A stretch of DNA of 64,000 nucleotides from an uncultured Marinoscillum sp. (GCA_902523065.1 CABYXZ010000001.1:263540-327539), one strand, 5' to 3'. Positions 43,299 through 53,254 are shown, numbered from the stretch's first letter. The notes: generated from the sequence alone by a model not told the origin. Program-made: numbers and translations.

Positions 43299-45359
43299 TT
43301 AATTTTCAACAATGAAATCAGTATCAGAAACCTCAGGATTTAATGTTAGGTTAATTACATTCATGTCGAGTGACTGAGGTCCCATTGGAATTTTTACTAC
43401 ATAAGGAAATAAAATTCCATTTACATCTCTGTAATCTTCAAAATATGTTGACTGAGGAGATCTTGAACCATCAGGCATTTCTACCAATTCTGTCATCTTG
43501 TACTTTAAACCTGTTTCAGCATCGTATGATACAAAACTATTATCAAAAACTTGAAGTACATGTAGAGTTTTACCGTCCTCCTCTTCTACTGAACTGAATT
43601 TTACATTTTCATCATTCAACCATCCAATTTCCTCGAAAGGTAATGTTGAATTTATCATTTTCTGAACCTGATCATCAGGTAAAGGATTGTTCATTCCTTG
43701 CTGATTTAAAGAACCTTTCTCACCGTCAAATACCATCTTCATCATAGTGTTACCCATCATCATCATCATCATTACCAGTTTATTAGGTTTTGCTTTAATA
43801 TCTATCATCTGTAATTTCATTCCCTGAACTTCAGCCTCAGCTAATGTACTAATAGCATTGATTTCTGCAACTTTATCTATGCCACCTATTGCGTTTAAAT
43901 AATTATTCAAAACAGACTCAACTGTAATTCCTGATGGAGTTGAAAAATCAGGTTTTTCGGTAGCATTACCTTCCTTGTCATAATAATTGATATTATATGG
44001 CATTTTTTCTAGAGATGAAAGAACATCTTGGCCCTTACCCACAACCAAAACTCTTAAATTATCTTTTAAAAGATATTTATTTATGACTCTCTTAACATCA
44101 TCAGTAGTAACACTTTGAAAATTTTCTAGATATTTTTCGTAAAAATTTTCAGGTAGATTAAACTTAGATATATTCGTGGCAAAATTAGCAATTGTAGAAG
44201 GTTGTTCCGTTGACATTATGAAACTACCTACATATTTTTCTTTAGCTGCATCCAACTCCTCATCCGTTACTCCCTCTTTAGATATTAAATTAATTTCTTT
44301 TATTATCTCAGTTATAGCGCTATCGGTAACCTCATTTCTTACACTTGCAGAAGCAGTAAATGAACCTTTAAATCTACTAGTTGAAGCTGAGGAATAAGAT
44401 CCATAGGTAAAACCTTTATCTTCCCTTAGATTCATAAATAATCTCGCTGTTGAGCTACCTCCTAATATTTGATTACCAAGTTTTAAAGCAAAGTAATCAG
44501 GGTTAGTCATAGAAATATCCATAAGATTACCTACATAAATTTCAGACTGGACAGCATTAGACATATCTACAAAATTTATTTCAACATTATCTAAGTTATT
44601 TGCTTGAGGTAAGGTATAACTTGATTTTTTACCTTTCTTCCAATCTCCAAATAAAGATTCAATAAGAGATTTAATCTCATCATATTGTACATCACCAACA
44701 ACTGTTAAGTATGCATTATTCGGTATCGCAAATTTTTTATAATAATTCTGAATATCCTTTAATGAAATATTGTTTAAACTCTCAATTGTCTCAAATTCAC
44801 CAAAAGGATGGTTATCACCAAATCGCAGCTTACTATGTACCCTATTTGCAATCGTTTGAACATCTTTTTCAATAGATTTTATTCCTTCTAGAGCAACATT
44901 TTTTTCTCTCTCAAAATCTTCTTTTGTAAATTTTGGATTAATTAATCCATCAGCCATCATTTCTAAAATTCTAGGGAAATATCTCTTTAAAGAAGAAACA
45001 TATCCACCGCTGGCAGAGAGGACAAGGGTTGCTCCCATATAATCCACTTCTTCATTGTAACTATCTTTTGATTGATTTTTTGTTCCGTTACCCATCATTG
45101 CTCCAAGAAGGCTAGAAACACCTTTAATATCTCCCTCGTAGTCTGGATAATTGTCAATATCTAAATTAGCATAAGCTCTTGGTAATTTATTATTTTCAAC
45201 AACAATTACTTTTAAACCATTATCTAAGACAAAAGATTTAGGATTTCCTAAGTCTATGGATGGAGCAGGTCCAGCTTTTGGAGGTTTTGACCTATCAATT
45301 TGTGAATATGTAACATTCACAGTAAATAGAATTAGTAATATAACTTTTAAGTATTTCAT
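43299..45359 (-). CDS. M16 family peptidase, non-catalytic subunit, with an extra C-terminal domain
   Basis: M16 fold sequence but no HxxEH. About 190 extra C-terminal residues contain the Met-rich tract. Start placed at the ATG at 45359 (MKYLKVILL...); the track start at 45377 overlaps the upstream gene. Confidence 0.8.
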   Translation of the reverse strand: MKYLKVILLILFTVNVTYSQIDRSKPPKAGPAPSIDLGNPKSFVLDNGLKVIVVENNKLPRAYANLDIDNYPDYEGDIKGVSSLLGAMMGNGTKNQSKDSYNEEVDYMGATLVLSASGGYVSSLKRYFPRILEMMADGLINPKFTKEDFEREKNVALEGIKSIEKDVQTIANRVHSKLRFGDNHPFGEFETIESLNNISLKDIQNYYKKFAIPNNAYLTVVGDVQYDEIKSLIESLFGDWKKGKKSSYTLPQANNLDNVEINFVDMSNAVQSEIYVGNLMDISMTNPDYFALKLGNQILGGSSTARLFMNLREDKGFTYGSYSSASTSRFKGSFTASASVRNEVTDSAITEIIKEINLISKEGVTDEELDAAKEKYVGSFIMSTEQPSTIANFATNISKFNLPENFYEKYLENFQSVTTDDVKRVINKYLLKDNLRVLVVGKGQDVLSSLEKMPYNINYYDKEGNATEKPDFSTPSGITVESVLNNYLNAIGGIDKVAEINAISTLAEAEVQGMKLQMIDIKAKPNKLVMMMMMMGNTMMKMVFDGEKGSLNQQGMNNPLPDDQVQKMINSTLPFEEIGWLNDENVKFSSVEEEDGKTLHVLQVFDNSFVSYDAETGLKYKMTELVEMPDGSRSPQSTYFEDYRDVNGILFPYVVKIPMGPQSLDMNVINLTLNPEVSDTDFIVEN
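43755..43772 (-). repeat. (CAT)6 trinucleotide run encoding Met6
   Basis: catcatcatcatcatcat on the + strand encodes 'MMMMMM' within 'KLVMMMMMMGNTMMKMVF' of the M16 C-terminal extension. Confidence 0.95.
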
Positions 45360-45363
45360 ATAA

Positions 45364-46683
45364 TTATTGTTTAGCACTTTCTGGTAAATAATCTATTACA
45401 GCTCTAGAATCTTTATTTAGATATTTATTAGCAACATCTCTAATTTCTTCTTTGGTAATTGATTTATATATATCTAATCTTTGATTTATTAGGTTTACAT
45501 TATCATGTAGCAAATAATATGATGCAAGTGAATTAGCTATACCTGACATACTTGCATTCGTACTTATAAAACTGTTTTCAAATTCGTTTTGTAATTTTTC
45601 GTACTCTCTGTCAGAAATTAAATCAACCTTTAGTTTTTCAATTTCCTCATCAATATTATCATATAATGTCTGGAGTGTATTTTCACCAACTGGTAACGAA
45701 AGAATGACATAAATCCCATAATCTTCAAATGATAAATTGACAGCCTGTACTTGTACAGATACTTTCTTATCATCCACCATTTTCTTATATAGTCTGGAAC
45801 TTTTACCACCGCTCAATATTGATGATATCATATCTAAAACATATGCGTCTCTATCCTTAAAAGAAGGAATTCTGTATGAAACAAGACCCATTGGTAGCTG
45901 GATATTAGGATCATAAAATTTCTTTTTAATTTCGGCTGTTATCGGATCTTCGGTGATGTTAATCCTTGGTACATCATTACCTCTTGGAATTGGACCAAAA
46001 TAATCACTGATTTTTTTCTTAACATCATCTATCTCAAAGTTACCTGCCACAACTAAAACTGCATTATTTGGAACATAAAATTTCTTATTGTATGCTATAA
46101 ATTCGTCGAGAGTTGCCGCATCAAGATGCTCCATTGAACCAATAGGAAGCCACCTGTAAGGATGTTTTTTAAATAAACTTTGGGTTATTTGTGGTAACAA
46201 CTGACCATATGGTCTGTTATCATAGTTTGATCTTTTTTCTTCTTTTACAACTTCATTCTGAGTCTGTACACCTATCTCATCAATTACAGGATGCAACATT
46301 CTCTCGGATTCCAGCCAGAGACCCAATTCTAATTTATTTGAAGGGAAAAATTCAAAATAATATGTTTCATCATTTGAAGTATAAGCATTTAATGACCCTC
46401 CGTTACTTTCTACAATTTTCATAAACTGTCCCCGATCTATATTTTTAGTTCCCTCAAAGAGTAGGTGTTCAAAAAAGTGAGCAAAACCAGTTCTATCTGG
46501 ACTATCATCCTTAGAGCCAACGTGGTACATAACAGAAGTAACTGCTAATGGAACAGTTTTATCTTGATGCAAAATTACATGTAATCCATTATCAAGATCA
46601 TATTCAATAAAATCTACATTTTGAGAAATAGAATCAAAATTTATAAGTAAAATGATTGTAAGTGAAAGTAATTTATTCATCAT
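45364..46683 (-). CDS. M16 family zinc peptidase (pitrilysin-like), catalytic subunit
   Basis: Inverted zinc motif 'HFFEHLLFEG' with downstream 'E' ('NAYTSNDETYY'). Start placed at the ATG at 46683 (MMNKLLSL...); the track start is a GTG at 46704. Confidence 0.85.
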   Translation of the reverse strand: MMNKLLSLTIILLINFDSISQNVDFIEYDLDNGLHVILHQDKTVPLAVTSVMYHVGSKDDSPDRTGFAHFFEHLLFEGTKNIDRGQFMKIVESNGGSLNAYTSNDETYYFEFFPSNKLELGLWLESERMLHPVIDEIGVQTQNEVVKEEKRSNYDNRPYGQLLPQITQSLFKKHPYRWLPIGSMEHLDAATLDEFIAYNKKFYVPNNAVLVVAGNFEIDDVKKKISDYFGPIPRGNDVPRINITEDPITAEIKKKFYDPNIQLPMGLVSYRIPSFKDRDAYVLDMISSILSGGKSSRLYKKMVDDKKVSVQVQAVNLSFEDYGIYVILSLPVGENTLQTLYDNIDEEIEKLKVDLISDREYEKLQNEFENSFISTNASMSGIANSLASYYLLHDNVNLINQRLDIYKSITKEEIRDVANKYLNKDSRAVIDYLPESAKQ

Positions 46684-46766
46684 ATTTTTATTTATTTGAG
46701 CCACGAATATAATTAAACTATAAGAATTCTTTAAATATTATCTTTAATAGAATATTCAAAAAGGTA

Positions 46767-47042
46767 TTATTTATGTCTATTAAATGATATTTGACGTTGA
46801 GATTTAGACTTAAATCTTTTTTTATCTGAATCACTTAAAGCTTTATGTTTTGTCTTCCTATTGTCAACCCGCTTCCTCCAATTAAGGAAGGATTTTTCCT
46901 TTAAATTATTTCTCATAACAGAAATAATTTCTTTTTCAGAAATTTTAAATTGATTTTTTATTGCATCAAATGGTGTTCTATCTTCCCAACACATCTGAAT
47001 AATCCTATCGACTTCTCTTTCTGTTAAATTAAAATTCTTCAT
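46767..47042 (-). CDS. TIGR03643/DUF2805 family protein
   Basis: 'DRIIQMCWEDRTPFDAIKNQF' is the signature of this small conserved family. Confidence 0.75.
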   Translation of the reverse strand: MKNFNLTEREVDRIIQMCWEDRTPFDAIKNQFKISEKEIISVMRNNLKEKSFLNWRKRVDNRKTKHKALSDSDKKRFKSKSQRQISFNRHK

Positions 47043-47448
47043 AGAAAATGTAGAGTATTATAAAAATTTTAGATGTCCATAAAACTGTCCTAATCCAATT
47101 ATACCTAATAAGAGAAACTATTTTTTCAATTTCTAACTTCTTAGATAACTGATTATGGATGGGAACTATAATGATGAAAGTAACTAACCATATAACAATT
47201 AACACCAATAGAGACTTCATGAATAGTAGGTTGTTAATGTAAACATTCATGTAGACAAGAGTCAACAATTCCAATGACATTGTTGGCACTGCAACAATGG
47301 ATATATTTTTTACATAATTATTATGAAAACTAACAAATTCATTCTTATCAATTTTTAGAAATGAGGGATATGTAATTAGCTGAGTCATCAGAATAACTCC
47401 AATCATTATTGAATTACAGATAAGGTGAATGAAAAATATAGTTTTCAA
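47029..47448 (-). CDS. DUF1772-like (anthrone-oxygenase-like) membrane protein
   Basis: Four TM segments. 'IIVPIHNQL' and 'YNWIRTVLWT' resemble the P-x-N and W..R motifs of DUF1772. Memory-based assignment. Confidence 0.45.
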   Translation of the reverse strand: MKTIFFIHLICNSIMIGVILMTQLITYPSFLKIDKNEFVSFHNNYVKNISIVAVPTMSLELLTLVYMNVYINNLLFMKSLLVLIVIWLVTFIIIVPIHNQLSKKLEIEKIVSLIRYNWIRTVLWTSKIFIILYIFYEEF

Positions 47449-47451
47449 ATG

Positions 47452-47730
47452 TTATACAGATAAATAAATTAAAAACAATACAAGGTAGACGGTAAGATAT
47501 GATCTGTAGTTGTTTCTTAGACTAATATATTCAACATTTTCAGGATACATATTAGTGAACAATGCAACAATTTCTTTCTTAAATAAAGGCTTTATATTGA
47601 TTTTCCAATCATTTGTTTTATAAACAATTTTTCTAAATTTGCTTCTGAAATACGTACTAGGTATCCCCCAAATGAATAACGAAATAATTAAAATTTCTTT
47701 TGTAGACATAAAGCTAAAATCAAAACTCAT
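47452..47730 (-). CDS. hypothetical 2-TM membrane protein
   Basis: 92-aa ORF 3 nt upstream of the DUF1772-like gene. Its 5' end overlaps the divergent lipoprotein ORF. Confidence 0.35.
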   Translation of the reverse strand: MSFDFSFMSTKEILIISLFIWGIPSTYFRSKFRKIVYKTNDWKINIKPLFKKEIVALFTNMYPENVEYISLRNNYRSYLTVYLVLFLIYLSV

Positions 47731-48028
47731 AATACTTGTACTTTTTTTTGTGGTGAATGGTTGTTCCTCAGTAAATAAAAAAGAAGAGGAATGTTATTAT
47801 GAAAAACCTAAAAGCTGTCAGCCGTACCTCGAAAGAGAGGTAGAAAGTAGAGGCAGTATTTTAGCTTTGGATGGAACGGTCCCACTAGAGGGATGGATAT
47901 TTTACCTTACCTATTTTGATAATGTAGAACAAAAAATAACTGAGAAATACGTCAAGTTAAATTGTAGGTGCGAAATTCTTTATTTCGACAATAAAAAACC
48001 TCAAGAATTAACAACTCCATTCAACTAA
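47672..48028 (+). CDS. hypothetical lipoprotein
   Basis: From the ATG at 47672: 'MNNEIIKISFVDIKLKSKLIILVLFFVVNGCSS' (lipobox-like 'VNGC'). Confidence 0.4.
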   Translation: MNNEIIKISFVDIKLKSKLIILVLFFVVNGCSSVNKKEEECYYEKPKSCQPYLEREVESRGSILALDGTVPLEGWIFYLTYFDNVEQKITEKYVKLNCRCEILYFDNKKPQELTTPFN

Positions 48029-48060
48029 AACAAAAATAGTTCGATACCGTATCCTCAAGT

Positions 48061-48219
48061 ATGTTTGGACTATTTAAATCAAAGAAAGAAAAACTTATAG
48101 ACAAGTATAACAAGCTCCTGAAGGAGTCGTACGAGTTGTCTAATGTCAGCAGAAAAGATAGCGATGCAAAACTTGCTGAAGCAAATAAAGTTCTTGAAGA
48201 AATTGAGGCTATAGGTTAA
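48061..48219 (+). CDS. Lacal_2735-family micro-protein (52 aa), absent from the ORF track
   Basis: MFGLFKSKKEKLIDKYNKLLKESYELSNVSRKDSDAKLAEANKVLEEIEAIG*. The 'MFGLFK...KY..L..E.Y.LS...R...D....EA' pattern matches the Flavobacteriia Lacal_2735 family as I remember it. Confidence 0.6.
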   Translation: MFGLFKSKKEKLIDKYNKLLKESYELSNVSRKDSDAKLAEANKVLEEIEAIG

Positions 48220-48220
48220 T

Positions 48221-49393
48221 CTAGAAGCTATATTTCATCTGTATATAAACGCCTCTCATCAAATTCTCAAGTTTCTGATTATTCTCTAAGAAAAATATTT
48301 GAGCAATCAGACTCAGATCTATTCTAGAGGTCACATCATATGAAATGCTTGGAGATAAATAAAGCAGATTTATTCCTGCTCCATACATTATGGTTAGGGA
48401 TGTGTTGACTGGAGGAGATATAGGTTTCGAAATCTGAAATAAGTAAGAGTTTTTTGATGGCATAAGATTTTTTGGAGATAATACATTATCAGTGATGTTA
48501 ATTAAATTAAGTAATCCTGGAGAATTTCTGCCTTGAGAATTATAGAGATATGAACCCAATAAATAATATCCATTTCTAAAAGAATAATCAATTGAAGTGG
48601 ATAAACTTAAAGCATTGTCCACGTAGTTATTTATAAAATATGAAATTTCACCTTTAAAACCAGCTTTTAAGATATTTCCAGCCCATCCACCTCCAACCAC
48701 AACATCATCAAAATAGTCAGCCCCTATTATTTGAAAATCGTAGCCAAGTTTGTTGAATTTATATATTCCAGCGAGAATATTTTGCCCTCTATTTGTTGGC
48801 ATAAAAACAAGTTCAACACTAGAAAGATTATCACCAGTATATATTAATCTTACTACGTCTGATCCTGGTCTTTCGACGTAATCAAAATCAATAAAATTAT
48901 ATGCATTAAATAAGTCATTAGAATTCCAAATAGTATTAATTCCCCAGTTAACTCTTTGTCTACCAATACTAATTTCAAGTTTATTTTTTTGATACTTAAG
49001 CCAAAGTCTATCTATCATGGTATGAAAAATGAATTTTGGTTTTTCAAAAACATAGAAAGACATATCAACCCATCCCTGATCTCTCTGGATTGTTTGTAAA
49101 TCTCCAAACATAGCTCTATTTCTTAACTCAAAACCAAGGGTGAAATTATCACCAAAGTAGCCTCTCATATTTAGCCTATTGTGTATTAGGTGAGATGTCT
49201 GAGGTTGAAGTAACGTAGGAGATATCCATGTTGATGGTTCAATATTATAATCTAAGTGAGATGGTAAATATTTAACATATCCATTAATTGAGAATGAAAT
49301 GTTATCATTTTGACTATAAACTTTATTAAAATTTATAAAACAGAACAGTATAAATATTACTCTACTTTTTTTTATCACTAACAATTTTTCCAT
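48221..49393 (-). CDS. outer-membrane beta-barrel protein, last gene of the ABC/LolA-like operon
   Basis: Signal peptide '...FNKVYSQ', extensive beta-strand periodicity, C-terminal 'YIQMKYSF'. Its 5' end overlaps the ATPase gene. Confidence 0.55.
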   Translation of the reverse strand: MEKLLVIKKSRVIFILFCFINFNKVYSQNDNISFSINGYVKYLPSHLDYNIEPSTWISPTLLQPQTSHLIHNRLNMRGYFGDNFTLGFELRNRAMFGDLQTIQRDQGWVDMSFYVFEKPKFIFHTMIDRLWLKYQKNKLEISIGRQRVNWGINTIWNSNDLFNAYNFIDFDYVERPGSDVVRLIYTGDNLSSVELVFMPTNRGQNILAGIYKFNKLGYDFQIIGADYFDDVVVGGGWAGNILKAGFKGEISYFINNYVDNALSLSTSIDYSFRNGYYLLGSYLYNSQGRNSPGLLNLINITDNVLSPKNLMPSKNSYLFQISKPISPPVNTSLTIMYGAGINLLYLSPSISYDVTSRIDLSLIAQIFFLENNQKLENLMRGVYIQMKYSF

Positions 49394-50039
49394 CCTCAAG
49401 TGTTAAAACTCTTCTAGCCCTATCAATAACTCTTTGATCGTGAGTAGAAAAAATAAAAGTAATTTTCTCATTTTCATTAAGCTTATTCATTATATCGAGC
49501 AAGTTTGATGTTGAAGAGGTATCTAAATTAGCTGTAGGTTCGTCAGCCAAAATAAATTTTGGTTTAGATGCTAATGCTCTTGCAACGGCTACTCTCTGCT
49601 GTTGTCCACCAGATAATTCTGAAGGTCTCCTATTTCTCATATCATATAAACCCACTTGATTTAAGAGTTCATCTGTCCTCTCTCTTCTGATTTTATCATT
49701 AGCACCCTGAAGAAGCATTATCATTTCAATATTTTCTCTAGCCGATAGTACAGGAATTAGGTTATAAGCCTGGAAAACAAATCCAATATTTTTTAGTCTA
49801 TACTGAATGATCTCTGTGGAAGAAAGTTTATTCAAAGATTCTCCGTCAATTATTACTTCACCACCTGTTGGCTTATCGAGACCACCTACACAGTTAAGAA
49901 AAGTAGTTTTTCCAGATCCAGAGGGACCAACAACAGAAGTAAACTCACCCTTTTTAAATGTTGATGATATTTCATCAACAGCCTTGACGTCAAACTTCCC
50001 CTGGCTGTAAATTCTAGATAATTTTTTTGTCTCAATCAT
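49362..50039 (-). CDS. ABC transporter ATP-binding protein (LolD/MacB-type)
   Basis: Walker A 'GPSGSGKTT', Q-loop, signature 'LSGGQQQRVAVARAL', Walker B 'ILADEPT', H-loop 'THD'. Confidence 0.9.
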   Translation of the reverse strand: MIETKKLSRIYSQGKFDVKAVDEISSTFKKGEFTSVVGPSGSGKTTFLNCVGGLDKPTGGEVIIDGESLNKLSSTEIIQYRLKNIGFVFQAYNLIPVLSARENIEMIMLLQGANDKIRRERTDELLNQVGLYDMRNRRPSELSGGQQQRVAVARALASKPKFILADEPTANLDTSSTSNLLDIMNKLNENEKITFIFSTHDQRVIDRARRVLTLEDGKIVSDKKK

Positions 50040-50048
50040 GATATAAAT

Positions 50049-51275
50049 TTAAATACTTTTTGTTGCTTCAACAGGATTAATTTTTAGGGCTCTTATCGAA
50101 GGAAAAATAGATGATATAAGTGAAATTACAAATACCATCCCGGATACTACATAGTAGTCACTAGTTGGTAACTGGAAATATAACCTTGTACCAACACCAA
50201 AATTTTCAAGACCAGCCTCAACCATACTCAAATCTATTCCAACAACTGAATAATACTCTACAAGCATATAAGATATCAATAGTCCGAACGGTAATGCAAC
50301 AACAGTTAAAAATATAGTTTCAAAGCCAATCATTAAAAATATTTTATATCTATTCATACCTATTGACATGAGCATACCGATCTCTTTTTTTCTTTCTAAA
50401 ATAGCCATGAGCATTGTATTTACAATACCAAAAGAAAGACCAGAAAGAATAATCATCATAAAAATGTATAGAACTGCAGCCAACATCTCATTAGCGTAAG
50501 CGAGATCTTTCGATATATCGTCCCATGACTCTACAATATTTTCATCGCTGAATGGTATAAGTTCAGACTTGACCTTGTCCTTGAGTTCAATATCAGTCAG
50601 TAGTATTGGGATTTCATGGAATCCTGAAAAATTTGGAAGATTTTTTATGATACTTGAATTTCTTACAAAAACATTTGCGTCATCATACCTAGAGTTTCCA
50701 GACCTAAATATTCCCTCGACTCTATACAAGAGAGAAGTAAGATTATTATTTTCATCTTGAAAGGTGACAACTACTTTTGATTTAATTTTTAAATTGAGTC
50801 TGTCTGCAAGTTTTTTTCCAACTAAAATTGTATTGTCTCTACTTGATTTAAAATACTCGCCCTCAATAACTTTCTCATATGTATTTGTGACATTGACCTC
50901 CTGATCTGGATCTACTCCTTTTACCTGGATACCATATGAACCATTAGAGTTTGAAAGCATCCCATTTAAGATTATTCTTTTAGAGTAAGACACTACCCTT
51001 TCATCATTATTAATTTTCTCTTCAATTTCAGAGAGGTTAAATATCGTATGTTTTAAGTTAAAATCATCAGAAAATTTTTTGTTATGAATTTGTATATGAG
51101 AAAGATATGTATCAACAGCATTATTCATCCTCTCCATATTGAGACCATAAGACATTGCAATAATGATTATGCCTCCAACAATTCCAAAAATAACAGATAG
51201 TATAACAACAGAACTTCTAAGCTTACTTCTCCAGAGGTTTCTCCAAGCAATTTTAACGATAGTAAGAATATTCAT
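50049..51275 (-). CDS. ABC transporter permease, FtsX/MacB-like (LolC/E-type)
   Basis: N-terminal 'AWRNLWRSKLRS' + TM, large periplasmic domain, three C-terminal TM segments (FtsX domain), 'ALKINPVEA'. Confidence 0.85.
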   Translation of the reverse strand: MNILTIVKIAWRNLWRSKLRSSVVILSVIFGIVGGIIIIAMSYGLNMERMNNAVDTYLSHIQIHNKKFSDDFNLKHTIFNLSEIEEKINNDERVVSYSKRIILNGMLSNSNGSYGIQVKGVDPDQEVNVTNTYEKVIEGEYFKSSRDNTILVGKKLADRLNLKIKSKVVVTFQDENNNLTSLLYRVEGIFRSGNSRYDDANVFVRNSSIIKNLPNFSGFHEIPILLTDIELKDKVKSELIPFSDENIVESWDDISKDLAYANEMLAAVLYIFMMIILSGLSFGIVNTMLMAILERKKEIGMLMSIGMNRYKIFLMIGFETIFLTVVALPFGLLISYMLVEYYSVVGIDLSMVEAGLENFGVGTRLYFQLPTSDYYVVSGMVFVISLISSIFPSIRALKINPVEATKSI

Positions 51276-52495
51276 ATTTTCATTGATTTTACAGGATTTA
51301 ACCTAAAGATTCTAATTGCAGGATATACAGATATTAACAATGAGAAAGTGAATATGATAAGAGCGTGAGAAAATGGTATATCCAATGAAATTGAAAAAGG
51401 AACTACAGGATCAAACCCAAATTCTTCAATCATAACATCAGCTCCCTCTCCCATCAAAGTCACAATATTGATAGGGTTCAGATAGAAATAATAGGATATC
51501 GGATAGGTTACCAAAATAGCAAGTACGACACCTATCATGGACAAAATAACTGTCTCTACTAAAATAATTGAGAACAGTCGAATCCTACTCATTCCAATTG
51601 AAATAAGTACACCAAACTCATACTTTCTCTCCTCTGTCATCATTAAAACTGTTCCAAACATTCCAAAAACGACAATTATATATAGTATAAAAGCCATTAT
51701 TAATCCCCCTGCACTATCAGCTGTGATGGTTTGTTCAATTTCTGGAAGTGTCTCTTTCCATGTCATCACCTCGTAATCGCTTGATAAAATACTCTCCAAA
51801 TCATTTAGAATTTTATCTTCACTATAATACTGTCTTTTATCTATAATTATATGAGTAGAAATATTATCGGAAGAGACATAATCACGTGCACTCTCCAGTG
51901 TCATAAAAATACCGAGTTTATTTAGATTTGGATTTTTTAGGTCAATTATACCCTTAACTGGATACTTTCCTGCTGCCATCATTCCCCTATATCCTTGACC
52001 ATACAATATTAGTGAATCTCCAATCTGTAAATCAAAGTACTCGGCAATACCTTTCGCTATAATTATTTCATTTCTTTCTAACTGAAATGATCCATCTATG
52101 ATATTTTTATTCCAATCTGTTATTTTTTGTTCGTCTTCTATGACTACACCGTTTATAACTCCCCCTCTTGTCTTTTCACCCGTTGAAATCAGCGAGAAAG
52201 ATTGGAGCCTCTCTACCGTATTTTCTACTCCATTAACAGATTCAATATTTTTGATGAGTTCATTATCAACAACCATCGAATTCTCTAAATTCTGATTATC
52301 CCAAAATCCCTTTGCATGAACTTCTACATATCCAGCATACGACTCAACAACTGTCTTAATTAAATTATCATAGAACCCGAACTGGAGGGCTCTCATGAAG
52401 ATAATTAAAAAAAGAGCAGCAAAAATAGAAGTTATGGTTATAAGACTCCTCTTCTTATTTCTGTAAATATTTCTCCAGGCAATTTTAAAGATCAT
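51272..52495 (-). CDS. ABC transporter permease, FtsX/MacB-like (LolC/E-type)
   Basis: 'AWRNIYRNKKRS' + TM, periplasmic domain, FtsX C-terminal TMs, 'IFRLNPVKS'. 4-nt overlaps with both neighbours. Confidence 0.85.
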   Translation of the reverse strand: MIFKIAWRNIYRNKKRSLITITSIFAALFLIIFMRALQFGFYDNLIKTVVESYAGYVEVHAKGFWDNQNLENSMVVDNELIKNIESVNGVENTVERLQSFSLISTGEKTRGGVINGVVIEDEQKITDWNKNIIDGSFQLERNEIIIAKGIAEYFDLQIGDSLILYGQGYRGMMAAGKYPVKGIIDLKNPNLNKLGIFMTLESARDYVSSDNISTHIIIDKRQYYSEDKILNDLESILSSDYEVMTWKETLPEIEQTITADSAGGLIMAFILYIIVVFGMFGTVLMMTEERKYEFGVLISIGMSRIRLFSIILVETVILSMIGVVLAILVTYPISYYFYLNPINIVTLMGEGADVMIEEFGFDPVVPFSISLDIPFSHALIIFTFSLLISVYPAIRIFRLNPVKSMKI

Positions 52496-53244
52496 CTTAA
52501 ATTTTTCATATAACCTGGTGTAAAGAATCTTGGGTTGATATCTATATCAAACTCCCAAACTAATCTTTCAATTACCGTCTTATTTCCTTCTTTCTCTAAT
52601 GGGATAAACTCAATTTTAGAAGGCAACTTTTTGCCACCAAAATCAGCAATCTCTACTGAATTCATAACATTTATTAAATCACCAAACTCATCAAAGAATT
52701 GAGTTTTCATTTGCATATAATTTTTCTTATCTATCCACATAACAAGTTTTCCCCACACCACTGGAGCATCTTCATTGGGAAGGAGCTCAATAATCCAACA
52801 GTCAAAACCATTAACTACCTCTTCTCCTATTATTGAATTCGAATAGTCATCAGCTATAGAAGATCTTTGAACAAGATCATCATTTGTAAAATCTGTCCCC
52901 ATCCAATTTTGCATCATCATAGACGGTGGTAATTTTATTGTTCTCTCTATCGATGGAACATAATTCCATACCTCATTTTCTCTTTTTAAAAATACAGTTC
53001 CCTTTTCCTTTACAGGAGTCAAAACAACTGAAGAAAAATAATCATCTCCTATTGACCATCCTTTCATTGTCATCTCCTTAGTCCATTTTGGTCTTACTAC
53101 ACTTATTATCATTTCAGTGTATGAAGATTTTATTCCTTGAATTTGCTGCTCAGATTTTTGTAAAATTTTAGTAGCATTATTTTCCTGAATATTAGGCACA
53201 AAAAAATTAAGATATAGAACTATTAATAGATACATTACAGTCAT
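52492..53244 (-). CDS. LolA-like outer-membrane lipoprotein-sorting protein
   Basis: 'PPSMMMQNWMGTDFTNDDLV' matches the (S/N)WMG(S/T)DF(T/S)xDD motif of the LolA_like family. First gene of the operon. Confidence 0.7.
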   Translation of the reverse strand: MTVMYLLIVLYLNFFVPNIQENNATKILQKSEQQIQGIKSSYTEMIISVVRPKWTKEMTMKGWSIGDDYFSSVVLTPVKEKGTVFLKRENEVWNYVPSIERTIKLPPSMMMQNWMGTDFTNDDLVQRSSIADDYSNSIIGEEVVNGFDCWIIELLPNEDAPVVWGKLVMWIDKKNYMQMKTQFFDEFGDLINVMNSVEIADFGGKKLPSKIEFIPLEKEGNKTVIERLVWEFDIDINPRFFTPGYMKNLR

Positions 53245-53254
53245 ATTTTATATA

